Shown piece by piece: positions 36,092-44,701 of a DNA stretch of 64,000 nucleotides. The position numbers and the translations under genes were made by a program. Source of the stretch: Armatimonadota bacterium (GTDB lineage: Bacteria > Armatimonadota > Fimbriimonadia > Fimbriimonadales > Fimbriimonadaceae); contig JAFDWU010000001.1 in NCBI GenBank assembly GCA_018268315.1, forward strand, positions 567,295 through 631,294, given 5' to 3'. A model generated the notes under the pieces. It saw nothing but the letters and a program-made list of their open reading frames with translations. It had not been told where the DNA came from and searched no databases. Every line of letters begins with the position of its first letter. The stretch's first letter is position 1.

Positions 36092-38536
36092 TTGATTATT
36101 TCTCACTCATTTGAGGTAGGCGGAAAAACGCTGAGCCTTGAAACAGGTCGCGTGGCCAAGCAGGCCGGCGGCTCAGTTCTCCTCGGAATGGGCGAAACCG
36201 TCGTACTCGGCGTCGCTACCATGTCCGAAAACCCTCGGGACGGAATTGATTTCCTTCCCCTCACCTGCGACTACGAAGAGCGCAAATACGCCGTAGGCAA
36301 GATCCCCGGCGGCTTTATGAAGCGCGGCGGTCGCCCCAGCGAGCGCGCGATCCTTACCAGCAGGTTGATTGACCGACCGATGCGCCCCATGTTCCCTAAG
36401 GGCATGCGAAACGACGTTCAAGTTGTTGCGATGCCGTTCGCGGTGGATCAGACTTGCCCGCCGGACGTCCTTGCGATCAACGCCGCTGGCTGCGCACTGA
36501 CGATTAGCGATATTCCTTTCAAGTACCCGGTTGCCGGCGTTCGCGTTTCGCGAGTTGACGGCAAGTTCGTCGCATTCCCTTCGGTTGAAGAAGCTCAGCA
36601 GAGCGATCTTGACCTCGTGGTTGCCGGTCACGCCAACGCCATCTCCATGGTGGAAGCAGGTTCAACCAACGTTACCGAAGAGGATATGCATGCGGCGCTC
36701 AAGTTCGCCCACGACCATATCAAGATCATTTGCGCTGAGTTCGAGAAGTTCGCCAAGATGGTGAACCGACCGAAGCGCGAAGTGAAGCTCTTCCTGGTCG
36801 ACGAAAACTTGAAGAAGACGATTTCCGAAGAGTCGAAGGCAGAAATCGAAACCGCTCTCTCTGCTTCCGACAAGCTGGCGAGAGAGTCCGCTCTCTCCGA
36901 CCTCGTGAAGGAGCTCGTCGCCAAGTACTCGCCGCGATACGAAGATCAGCCGGAACTGCTTGCGCAGCTTGCTGAGGCAGTTGACGGTGCGGTTAAGGGC
37001 ACGATCCGACGACGAATTCTCGAAGAGAACCATCGCCCGGACGGTCGTGGTCTCGAAGACATCCGACCGCTGGAAGCAGTGGCTGGGCTCCTGCCGAAGG
37101 TCCACGGCTCCGGCCTCTTCACTCGCGGCCAGACCCAGGTAATGACGGTTGTCACCCTTGGCTTGCCAGGCGACGCGCAGACGCTCGATGGACTTGAAGT
37201 GGAAGAGCCGAAGCGCTACATGCACTTCTACAACTTCCCGCCGTACTCGGTTGGCGAATGCCGCCCGATGCGAGCCCCGGGTCGCCGAGAGATCGGCCAC
37301 GGCGCGCTTGCTGAGCGCGCGCTCCGCTCGGTGATTCCTCTGGATGATCCGAACTTCCCGTACACCCTGCTTCTTATCAGCGAAGTGCTTGAGTCGAACG
37401 GTTCCACCTCCATGGCATCCGTATGCGGCTCTACCCTCGCACTAATGGATGCCGGTGTGCAGATCAAGGCGCCGGTTGCCGGAATCGCTATGGGCCTGAT
37501 GTCCGACGGCAAGACCTACAAGGTTCTGACCGACATCCAGGGCATGGAAGACTTCTGCGGAGACATGGACTTCAAGGTAGCCGGTACCCGAGAAGGCATC
37601 ACCGCCCTCCAGCTCGATACAAAGCTGGATGGTATTCCTGATGAGGTTCTTTCTCAGGCGCTTCAGCAGGCAAAGCGAGCACGGTTTGCGATCCTCGATG
37701 TGATTGAGGCTGAGATTCCTGCCCCGCGATCCGATTACGCAGACACAGCTCCGCGAGTCACCACCATCCAGATCAATCCGGAAAAGATTGGCGCAGTCAT
37801 CGGCCCGGGAGGCGCGACGATCAAGAAGATCGTTGCCGAATCCGGCGCTTCGGTGGACATCCAGCAGGATGGCCGCGTATTGATCGGCGCAACCGATGGC
37901 GAATCCGCTCAGAAGGCGATCTCCATGGTGAAGGCGCTGACCGACGAAGTGAAGGTTGGCGACGAGTTCAGCGGAAAGGTAACCCGACTGATGGGCCGTG
38001 GCGCGATGGTGGAGTACATCCCTGGTCGCGAAGGTCTTGTCCCTGTCGAGTATCTGTGCGCCACGCCAGTTCGACGGCCGGACGACGTGGTGAACGTCGG
38101 CGACGAAATCAACGTGAAGGTCTACGAAGTCGATTCGATGGGCCGCATCAACCTCACCGCACTGGGTATTGCGCAGTCGCTTCCGAGCCTTGCCGGCAAC
38201 GAAGCCGCTGACCACAACGCAGCTCCCCGCCCGATGGGCGGTGGCGGCCGAGGCGGAGATCGCGGAGGCCGTGGCGGCGACCGTGATCGAGGCGGACGCG
38301 GTGGCGGACGAGATCGAGACCGTGGTGGCCGAGGCGGCGATCGCGGTGGCGACCGTGGAGGAGACCGAGGCGGCAGAGATCGAGATCGTGGTTCCTACGG
38401 CGATGATCGAGGTCCTCGAGAGTCGACGGCGGCAGTAATCGAAGATCGCCCGGTGGAAACTCCGGATGCGTTCCCGAAGCGTGAGCGAAGCGAAGACGAG
38501 GAATCAGTAAATGCTCGATTCCGACCGCGTCGCTAA
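36092..38536 (+). CDS. pnp: polyribonucleotide nucleotidyltransferase (PNPase) with a ~115-aa Arg/Gly/Asp-rich C-terminal extension
   Basis: Two RNase PH domains, then KH (GPGGATIKKI) and S1 (GKVTRLMGRGAMVEY), then the GGGGRGGDRGGRGGDRDRGG... tail. TTG start after AAGGAGG. 814 aa. Confidence 0.95.
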   Translation: MIISHSFEVGGKTLSLETGRVAKQAGGSVLLGMGETVVLGVATMSENPRDGIDFLPLTCDYEERKYAVGKIPGGFMKRGGRPSERAILTSRLIDRPMRPMFPKGMRNDVQVVAMPFAVDQTCPPDVLAINAAGCALTISDIPFKYPVAGVRVSRVDGKFVAFPSVEEAQQSDLDLVVAGHANAISMVEAGSTNVTEEDMHAALKFAHDHIKIICAEFEKFAKMVNRPKREVKLFLVDENLKKTISEESKAEIETALSASDKLARESALSDLVKELVAKYSPRYEDQPELLAQLAEAVDGAVKGTIRRRILEENHRPDGRGLEDIRPLEAVAGLLPKVHGSGLFTRGQTQVMTVVTLGLPGDAQTLDGLEVEEPKRYMHFYNFPPYSVGECRPMRAPGRREIGHGALAERALRSVIPLDDPNFPYTLLLISEVLESNGSTSMASVCGSTLALMDAGVQIKAPVAGIAMGLMSDGKTYKVLTDIQGMEDFCGDMDFKVAGTREGITALQLDTKLDGIPDEVLSQALQQAKRARFAILDVIEAEIPAPRSDYADTAPRVTTIQINPEKIGAVIGPGGATIKKIVAESGASVDIQQDGRVLIGATDGESAQKAISMVKALTDEVKVGDEFSGKVTRLMGRGAMVEYIPGREGLVPVEYLCATPVRRPDDVVNVGDEINVKVYEVDSMGRINLTALGIAQSLPSLAGNEAADHNAAPRPMGGGGRGGDRGGRGGDRDRGGRGGGRDRDRGGRGGDRGGDRGGDRGGRDRDRGSYGDDRGPRESTAAVIEDRPVETPDAFPKRERSEDEESVNARFRPRR
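38233..38400 (+). repeat. imperfect in-frame tandem repeats (GGN-GGN-GAY-CGN units) encoding the RGG/RGD tail of PNPase
   Basis: Visible iteration of ggcggagatcgc / ggcggcgaccgtgatcga / ggtggccgaggcggcgatcgc units. Confidence 0.7.
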
Positions 38537-38560
38537 CGTTCCACCCCGATTGTAACCCTG

Positions 38561-38590
38561 CAGGGGACGGCGCTTGAGCGCCGTCCCCTG
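38561..38590 (+). terminator. stem-loop terminator after pnp
   Basis: A 13-bp perfect stem, caggggacggcgc / gcgccgtcccctg, with loop ttga. The T-tract is weak (tacactttgtg). Confidence 0.65.
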
Positions 38591-38602
38591 TACACTTTGT
38601 GA

Positions 38603-39100
38603 ATGCTCAAAATTCGGCCAGCGGCCCGCGAAGACACTGCAACGATCCTGGATTTAATCCGGGAGCTGGCGGAATATGAGAGGCTTGCCCATGAGGTCAC
38701 CGCTACCGACCAGATGCTTGCCGAATGCCTGTTTGGCGCGCGTCCAACCGCCGAATCAGTCGTAGCCGAATGGGAGGGCCAGATTGTCGGCTTCGCCCTT
38801 TTCTTCACGAACTTCTCCACCTTCCTCGCCAAGCCTGGTCTCTATCTGGAAGACCTGTACGTAAAGCCTTCCGCGCGGGGGCAGGGCATTGGTAAGGCAT
38901 TGCTCATTCACCTGGCGGGATTAGCCATTGAGCGCGACTACGGACGCTTTGAATGGGCGGTGCTGGACTGGAACGAGCCCGCGCTGGAGTTCTATGCCGC
39001 GCACGGGGCAGTGATGATGCACGATTGGCGTCTGCATCGCGTTTCCGGCCAGGCTCTGCACAAGCTAGCCGAAGAGCAAAGCGTTGCTACAGTAAACTAG
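38603..39100 (+). CDS. GNAT family N-acetyltransferase (diamine/spermidine acetyltransferase-like)
   Basis: MLKIRPAAREDTATILDLIRELAEYE...LEDLYVKPSARGQGIGKALL. Confidence 0.8.
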   Translation: MLKIRPAAREDTATILDLIRELAEYERLAHEVTATDQMLAECLFGARPTAESVVAEWEGQIVGFALFFTNFSTFLAKPGLYLEDLYVKPSARGQGIGKALLIHLAGLAIERDYGRFEWAVLDWNEPALEFYAAHGAVMMHDWRLHRVSGQALHKLAEEQSVATVN

Positions 39101-39104
39101 GCGC

Positions 39105-40310
39105 ATGAACGATGGATTGCAGTCCTGGTTGGGTGCGCAGATTGACGGTCTGAAGCGGGATAACCTCTACAAGGTTCCTAAGATTCTGGAGTCTGCTGCT
39201 GGCGGCAGAGTCCGCATGAATGGCAAAGAGGTTGTCAACTTGGCCAGCAACAACTACCTTGGCCTTGCCAACCACCCGAAGGTCCGGCAGGCAGCCATTG
39301 ATGCAATTGAGAAGTGGGGCGTCGGTGCAGGCGCGGTGCGATGGATCGGCGGCACCATGTCCGTTCACCAAGAACTCGAAGAGCGCCTTGCCAAGTTTAA
39401 GCATGTTGAGGCAGTGCTCGTGTTCACGAGCGGCTTTACCGCCAACTCCGGCTGCATCCCGGCCGTTCTCACCGACAAGGACGTCGTGATTTCCGACGAG
39501 CTCAACCATGCGTCGATTATCGACGGCGTTCGCCTAAGCCCGGCGAGATACAAGAAGTCGGAAGGATATGTATATAGCCATAAAGATATGACTCATCTGG
39601 AGTCAATTCTCAAGAACACCCAAAGTTTTGAGAAGCGGATGATCATAACCGACGGCGTTTTCAGCATGGATGGCGACATCGCCCCGCTTCCAGACATCGT
39701 CAAGCTGGCCGAGCAGTACAACGCCTTCGTGATGGTGGATGACGCCCACGCGAGCGGCGTCCTCGGCAAGAATGGAGCGGGCAGCACCAGCCATTTCAAT
39801 TTGTATGGAAGGGTAGATATCCAACTTGGCACCCTCTCAAAGGCGCTCGGAGTCGTGGGCGGATACATCGCCGGCTCCGCGTTGCTTAAGGACTGGCTGA
39901 TCAACCGCGGTCGCCCCTATCTGTTCTCCACCGCTCACCCGCCGATGGTTGCGGCGGCCCTGATTGCCGCCCTGGATGTGATGGAGACCGACCCCGAGCC
40001 AATGCGAAGGCTGTGGGATAACACCAAGCGTTGGAAGGCGATGTTGCAGGCCGAAGGCTTTGACACGATGGGCAGCGAAACCCCCATCACTCCGGTCTAC
40101 ATCGGTGATGAGGGTGAAGCGCAAGCTTTTGAAAGAGCGCTGTGGGATGCCGGGGTTTATGCAATCTGCATCGTCTACCCAACCGTGGCCAAGGGCAAGT
40201 CTCGCATTCGCACGATGCCGAGCGCGGCCCACACCGATGAAGACCTTGATTTCGCTCTGAAAGCCTTTATCAAGGCAAGAGAGCAGACCCACGTGGCCTC
40301 GGTTCACTAG
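39105..40310 (+). CDS. kbl: glycine C-acetyltransferase / 2-amino-3-ketobutyrate CoA ligase (alpha-oxoamine synthase family)
   Basis: NNYLGLANHP, DELNHASIIDGVRL, DGVFSMDGDIAPL, VDDAHASG, GTLSKALG (PLP lysine) and SRIRTMPSAAHT align closely with E. coli Kbl. A BioF-like function is not fully excluded. Confidence 0.8.
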   Translation: MNDGLQSWLGAQIDGLKRDNLYKVPKILESAAGGRVRMNGKEVVNLASNNYLGLANHPKVRQAAIDAIEKWGVGAGAVRWIGGTMSVHQELEERLAKFKHVEAVLVFTSGFTANSGCIPAVLTDKDVVISDELNHASIIDGVRLSPARYKKSEGYVYSHKDMTHLESILKNTQSFEKRMIITDGVFSMDGDIAPLPDIVKLAEQYNAFVMVDDAHASGVLGKNGAGSTSHFNLYGRVDIQLGTLSKALGVVGGYIAGSALLKDWLINRGRPYLFSTAHPPMVAAALIAALDVMETDPEPMRRLWDNTKRWKAMLQAEGFDTMGSETPITPVYIGDEGEAQAFERALWDAGVYAICIVYPTVAKGKSRIRTMPSAAHTDEDLDFALKAFIKAREQTHVASVH

Positions 40311-40312
40311 CT

Positions 40313-41143
40313 ATGACCTCTGAACTTCTAACCTTCCCTATTCGGGGGCGCAAGCTCTCCATGTCCGTCGAAGTGCGGAAGACCCTCTTTCGGGAGCAAT
40401 CAGCGTTCCAGGAAATCGAGATCATAGATACCGAAGTCTTCGGCAGAGCCCTGCTCCTGGATCGCCACATCCAGCTCACCGAGCTTGACGAAGAGGCGTA
40501 CCACGAATGCCTTGTCGATATCCCCATGCTCTCACTAAGCGCGCCAAAGCGCGCGCTGATCGTCGGCGGCGGTGACGGCGGGGTACTGCGGCAGCTCTGC
40601 CGCCATTCTTCGCTGGAGCGAATCGACATGGTGGAGATCGACCAGATGGTCATCGACGCCTGCGAGAAGCATTTCCCCATTTCGAAAGGAGCCTTCCAAG
40701 ATAAGCGCCTTAGCCTCCACGTTGAGGACGCCTTCCAGTTCGTGAAGCGGGCTGAGCAGCCCTACGACCTCATCGTGATGGACAGCACCGACACCTACGA
40801 GGGCGAGGACGGCGCGCTTAGCGAGCAGCTCTTCACCGAATCCTTCTACCGAGACTGTGCGCGACTGCTCAAACCCGAAGGCCTGCTCGTCACCCAAGCC
40901 GACAACCTGCTTTTCTGCCCTTACTCGCTTGATGAGATCCGGGCCCAATATGGCCGCGTTTTCCCGCACGTGCAGTCGTATTGGGGCATCGTGCCTTCCT
41001 TCGGCGGATTCAGCGGTTTCTGCGTCGCTTCGCATGGCGTCAAGTTGGCCGCTTCACCCGATTTTGGCCGGGTGAAGCTGACCTACTTGAACACACAAAC
41101 CTACAACCTGGCGTTCCAGCCCCTCCCGTTTGCCAAGCTCTAG
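40313..41143 (+). CDS. speE: spermidine synthase (polyamine aminopropyltransferase)
   Basis: FQEIEIIDTEVFGRALLLDRHIQLTELDEEAYHE...ALIVGGGDGGVLRQL...DLIVMDSTD. Confidence 0.9.
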   Translation: MTSELLTFPIRGRKLSMSVEVRKTLFREQSAFQEIEIIDTEVFGRALLLDRHIQLTELDEEAYHECLVDIPMLSLSAPKRALIVGGGDGGVLRQLCRHSSLERIDMVEIDQMVIDACEKHFPISKGAFQDKRLSLHVEDAFQFVKRAEQPYDLIVMDSTDTYEGEDGALSEQLFTESFYRDCARLLKPEGLLVTQADNLLFCPYSLDEIRAQYGRVFPHVQSYWGIVPSFGGFSGFCVASHGVKLAASPDFGRVKLTYLNTQTYNLAFQPLPFAKL

Positions 41144-41148
41144 GCGAC

Positions 41149-41172
41149 CTCGCGACCCTAAAGGGTCGCGAG
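41149..41172. terminator. stem-loop shared by convergent speE and rsgA
   Basis: A 10-bp stem, ctcgcgaccc / gggtcgcgag, with loop taaa. The rsgA stop codon lies in or next to the loop. Confidence 0.5.
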
Positions 41173-42297
41173 AATCCGCAGATACGTGTCGTACCTCTCC
41201 GCCGCCAGCGTTCCGTTATCCACGGCTGCTTTGACGGCGCAGCCAGGTTCCTGAAGGTGACGGCAATCCGAAAATCGGCAACGTCCCGCTTCCAGGAAAT
41301 CCGGGAAATACCACGGCAACTCCTCCTTATCCATCTTCCAAAGCCCGAAGCTGCGGATACCGGGAGTATCGATGACCCGCGTGTCGTTCGGCAGCTCCCA
41401 GAGGGTGGAGCGGGTGGTGGTGTGAGTGCCACGCCCGTAACCTTCGCTCACGTCGCCCACCTGCAAACCCAGATCGGGCCGCAGCATGTTAAGAAGCGAG
41501 GACTTCCCGACTCCTGAATGGCCGACGAACGCAGATTGCTTGCCCTGAAGCACTTCCAGAAGGCGCTCCTTACCCAGCCCTTGCCCTGCAGAGCATTCCA
41601 CAACCGGTACTCCCATCTTGCGATAAGGATCGAGCAAACGCAGGTCCTGTCGCAACGCTTCTTCGCTCTCGTGAAGGTCGATCTTGTTCACCGCAATCGC
41701 CGGCCGGGCGCCACCCTTCTGGATAGCGATGAGATATCGATCCACCAGCCTTGGATGCAGCGGCGGTGCAACTACGGAGACCACGATCACCACGCAATCA
41801 ACATTGGCAACAATCACGCGCTCCATGCTTCCATTGCCCGCATCGGGCCTTGAGAGCTTGGTGCGCCGCGCGGCTACGCCCATTACCACGCGATCCACCC
41901 CTTTGGTCTCGAGGTAGACCTCGTCGCCAACGGCAAGCTCGGACTTCTGCTTACTCGCCAGATCAGGCGAGACGCGGCAGGTGTAAGTCTCCCCTTCCAG
42001 CTTCACCAGGCAGCTTCGAGGGCCGATGGAGAGCACCTTGGCGGTAGGGCCGCTGCGGACCGCCGTTCCAGGTTCTTCTTGCACCAGCAGCCAAAGCGCT
42101 TCGTCCATCGAGTTCGACTTGCGCACTCGAACGGGCGCGGCGAAGTCACCATCATCATCGAGTTCAACGTGGCGTTGTCGCGACACCGGTCGGAGGGTCT
42201 TCTTTACAAGCGAGGCGCGCTTCATCAGGCGTCGCCGATCATTGGAATCCATTTCAGCCAGCTTCTTAGCCAGCAGCTTTCGTTCGTTATCTGTCAT
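41158..42297 (-). CDS. rsgA: ribosome small-subunit-dependent GTPase A
   Basis: Circularly permuted GTPase: NKIDL ... GHSGVGKSSLLN ... DTPG. C-terminal zinc knuckle CRFSDCRHLQEPGCAV. A basic N-terminal extension like that of E. coli RsgA. Confidence 0.9.
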   Translation of the reverse strand: MTDNERKLLAKKLAEMDSNDRRRLMKRASLVKKTLRPVSRQRHVELDDDGDFAAPVRVRKSNSMDEALWLLVQEEPGTAVRSGPTAKVLSIGPRSCLVKLEGETYTCRVSPDLASKQKSELAVGDEVYLETKGVDRVVMGVAARRTKLSRPDAGNGSMERVIVANVDCVVIVVSVVAPPLHPRLVDRYLIAIQKGGARPAIAVNKIDLHESEEALRQDLRLLDPYRKMGVPVVECSAGQGLGKERLLEVLQGKQSAFVGHSGVGKSSLLNMLRPDLGLQVGDVSEGYGRGTHTTTRSTLWELPNDTRVIDTPGIRSFGLWKMDKEELPWYFPDFLEAGRCRFSDCRHLQEPGCAVKAAVDNGTLAAERYDTYLRILATL

Positions 42298-42484
42298 TTC
42301 GGGTTAATTCGTTCTGAAGGCAGTCAGGCGCACGGGTGTGCGCGAAAACGACGCTAAGGAACGCTTGCCGGGGGCTACCGGCAACCCGAAAATGGGTTAA
42401 GCGAGAGAGCCGGAGGCAAGCGGGCGGGTTAGAGCAAGGACTTTACGCATTGTTTTGTTGACCTCCGAGTGGATTTGCTCCCGA

Positions 42485-42513
42485 ATTATAACACGAGAGA
42501 GCTCAAAAAGCAA
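42485..42513 (-). promoter_or_regulatory. candidate sigma-70 promoter for rsgA (TTGCTT-N17-TATAAT on the minus strand)
   Basis: On the minus strand, TATAAT is at 42485-42490 and TTGCTT at 42508-42513. The promoter overlaps the T-tract of the rpsI terminator. It implies a ~180-nt leader. Confidence 0.35.
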
Positions 42514-42539
42514 AAGGAGCTAGCCCTTCGGCTAGCTCC
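42505..42539 (-). terminator. rho-independent terminator of the ribosomal-protein operon (after rpsI)
   Basis: A 10-bp stem, ggagctagcc / ggctagctcc, with loop cttc, followed on the minus strand by UUUUGCUUUUU. Confidence 0.8.
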
Positions 42540-42560
42540 AAAGCTGTAAGCAAGAGGCGA

Positions 42561-42968
42561 TCAGCGCTTAACGAACTGGAAGCCACGTCGGGCCTTCTTG
42601 CGTCCGTACTTCTTGCGCTCCTTAACTCGCGCATCGCGGGTCAGGAAGCCGCCGCTCTTAAGGCCGCCGCGAAGCTCGGTATCGTACTCGATCAGCGCGC
42701 GGGAGATACCAAGGCGAACTGCGCCAGCCTGGCCGGTGATGCCGCCGCCCTTAGCGGTAGCAACCACGTCGAAATTCGTTTCCATACCCAGATGGACCAG
42801 CGGGCTCTTCACAAGGATTTCGAGCACGGGACGACCGAGGTAGTGCTTCATGTCCCGACCGTTGATCTGGATATTGCCCTCACCCGGCTTCAGCCAAACG
42901 CGAGCGATTGCGCTCTTGCGTCGGCCAGTGCCGTAGGGTCTCTTGACTGCTGTTGCTTGCCTTGCCAT
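42561..42968 (-). CDS. rpsI: 30S ribosomal protein S9
   Basis: [14 protein letters not shown]...[19 protein letters not shown]...[19 protein letters not shown]. Confidence 0.96.
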   Translation of the reverse strand: MARQATAVKRPYGTGRRKSAIARVWLKPGEGNIQINGRDMKHYLGRPVLEILVKSPLVHLGMETNFDVVATAKGGGITGQAGAVRLGISRALIEYDTELRGGLKSGGFLTRDARVKERKKYGRKKARRGFQFVKR

Positions 42969-42970
42969 GC

Positions 42971-43417
42971 TTACTTCTTAACTTCCTTCTTTACGTTGTA
43001 TTCAATTGGCTTCTGAGCGCCGTGCGGATGCTCCGAGCCTGCATAAACCTTTAGCTTCTTGAAAACCTGGTGCCCAAGCTTGGTCTTGGGGGTCATGCCC
43101 CAAATCACCTTCTCAACCAGCTTCACGGGATTCTCTTCCAGGAGCTTGCCGCGGGAGATATTGCGCAAGCCGCCCGGCCAGCCGGTGTGCCAGTAGATCA
43201 ACTCTTCGCCCTTGCGGCCGGTTAGGATCACCTTCTCGGCATTGATCACTACTACGAAGTCGCCCGTGTCGGCATTGTAAGCGAAGTTCGTCTTGTGCTT
43301 GCCGCGAAGCAATTGGGCTACCTGAGCAGCCAAGCGGCCCACGGGAATTCCCGTGGCATCCACGATGTACCACTTGCGCTCAATTTCGCCCTGTTTAACC
43401 GTTGTTGTTCGATTCAT
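42971..43417 (-). CDS. rplM: 50S ribosomal protein L13
   Basis: [28 protein letters not shown]...[10 protein letters not shown]. Confidence 0.96.
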   Translation of the reverse strand: MNRTTTVKQGEIERKWYIVDATGIPVGRLAAQVAQLLRGKHKTNFAYNADTGDFVVVINAEKVILTGRKGEELIYWHTGWPGGLRNISRGKLLEENPVKLVEKVIWGMTPKTKLGHQVFKKLKVYAGSEHPHGAQKPIEYNVKKEVKK

Positions 43418-43455
43418 TCCTTTTCCTCTACCAGCCTTGCGGCCTTCAAACTTTT

Positions 43456-44286
43456 CTATTCATCAAAAGAAGCATTCTTTCTGTTGTCTCTCGGATGGCG
43501 TCCGTACCTGATCTTCTTCAGGCAAAGCCCCTTAGCGGGAAGCACTACTGGAAGTTTCGTGTGCTTTCGCTTTGCGGTTAGAAGATCGCCCACTTCATGG
43601 ATTGGCCTTTGGCCCTTTCCAACTTCGAAAAGCGCTCCTGCCATTCGCCTCATCATCCCGCGTAAGAACGCTGTTCCTACGATATCGATCCAAATCTCGT
43701 CTCGATGCTGCGAAACGCTGACAGATCTCATATCCCGCACCGTGTTCTCAACGCTTGGGTCCAGTTCCTCAGTGTAAGCGCGGTAATCGTGCTTGCCCAC
43801 TAGAAACTTGGCTGCCTGCTGCATCGCATTTAAATCCAATTCGCGATGAGTCTCGCTCACGAACCGCGTTCGAAAGGGATCTATCGTTCCGCAAAGGATT
43901 CGATATCGATAGAATCGATCTCTTGCGCAGAACCGGCTATTGAACTCATCAGGAACATCCTGCGACCTCAAAACCCGTAGGTCTCTCGGCAGGATATCGT
44001 TCAGCGCCCTCAGCCACATTTCTGTTTGCTCAACTTCGGTATCGAAGTGACAAACTTGGCCTTCGGCATGAGCTCCCGAATCGGTTCGGCTGGCTCCATC
44101 CAGTTGTGCGTCTTCTCCGGAGACACGCCGTATTGCTTCTTTCAATGTGCCCTGAACAGTTCTCTGTCCAGTTTGCGCGGCCCAGCCGCGAAAATCAGTT
44201 CCGTCGTATGCGACGGTCAGCTTAACTCTTCTTCTTCTTTTCCGGGGCGTCTGTGACAAGCTCAAGCACCGCCGTCGGAGCGCCAT
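43456..44286 (-). CDS. truA: tRNA pseudouridine(38-40) synthase
   Basis: KLTVAYDGTDFRGWAAQ...ASRTDSGAHAEGQV (catalytic Asp). The ATG at 44286 overlaps the rplQ 3' end by 65 nt. In-frame TTG codons at 44265 and 44259 are alternative starts. Confidence 0.88.
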   Translation of the reverse strand: MALRRRCLSLSQTPRKRRRRVKLTVAYDGTDFRGWAAQTGQRTVQGTLKEAIRRVSGEDAQLDGASRTDSGAHAEGQVCHFDTEVEQTEMWLRALNDILPRDLRVLRSQDVPDEFNSRFCARDRFYRYRILCGTIDPFRTRFVSETHRELDLNAMQQAAKFLVGKHDYRAYTEELDPSVENTVRDMRSVSVSQHRDEIWIDIVGTAFLRGMMRRMAGALFEVGKGQRPIHEVGDLLTAKRKHTKLPVVLPAKGLCLKKIRYGRHPRDNRKNASFDE

Positions 44287-44701
44287 CGCCGCGTCGCGGA
44301 CCCGTTCGGGTCAGCCGCGTGTAGCCGCCGTTTCGATTCTTGTATCGCGGAGCGATCTCATCGAAGAGATGCTTCACGAGGTCTTCGCCGTTAATCAAGC
44401 TTCGGCTGATGAGAATCTGCTTTCGCTCGATCGGAGTCTTGCCCGCAAGCTGCTTTTCGGGAAGACGAGTGTTGGAGGCGCTGTGGCCAACCAGAACCCG
44501 GCGGGTTCGGCGGCGCGCTTCCAGCGAATCGTCCTTCGCGGTGGTGATCAGCTTCTCAACAAGCCGCTGAAGCTCCTTAGCACGTCCGTACGATGTGCGA
44601 ACGTAGCCGTGGCGAATAAATTGCCGCTGAAGGTTGACGAGCAACGCTCGGCGTTGATCCGAGGGCAATCCTAGCTTTCTATGGTCAATCTTATGATTCA
44701 T
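44222..44701 (-). CDS. rplQ: 50S ribosomal protein L17
   Basis: MNHKIDHRKLGLPSDQRRALLVNLQRQFIRHGYVRTSYGRAKELQRLVEKLIT. Confidence 0.95.
   Translation of the reverse strand: MNHKIDHRKLGLPSDQRRALLVNLQRQFIRHGYVRTSYGRAKELQRLVEKLITTAKDDSLEARRRTRRVLVGHSASNTRLPEKQLAGKTPIERKQILISRSLINGEDLVKHLFDEIAPRYKNRNGGYTRLTRTGPRRGDGAPTAVLELVTDAPEKKKKS

Noticed and set aside
38169-38438. Tandem-repeat DNA and the alternate-frame ORF 38169..38438 inside the pnp 3' end. I considered whether this was a CRISPR-like or satellite repeat.
   Set aside because: The repeats are short (9-18 bp), imperfect and contiguous without spacers. They are in frame with pnp and encode its RGG/RGD tail. This is not a CRISPR array or an independent gene.
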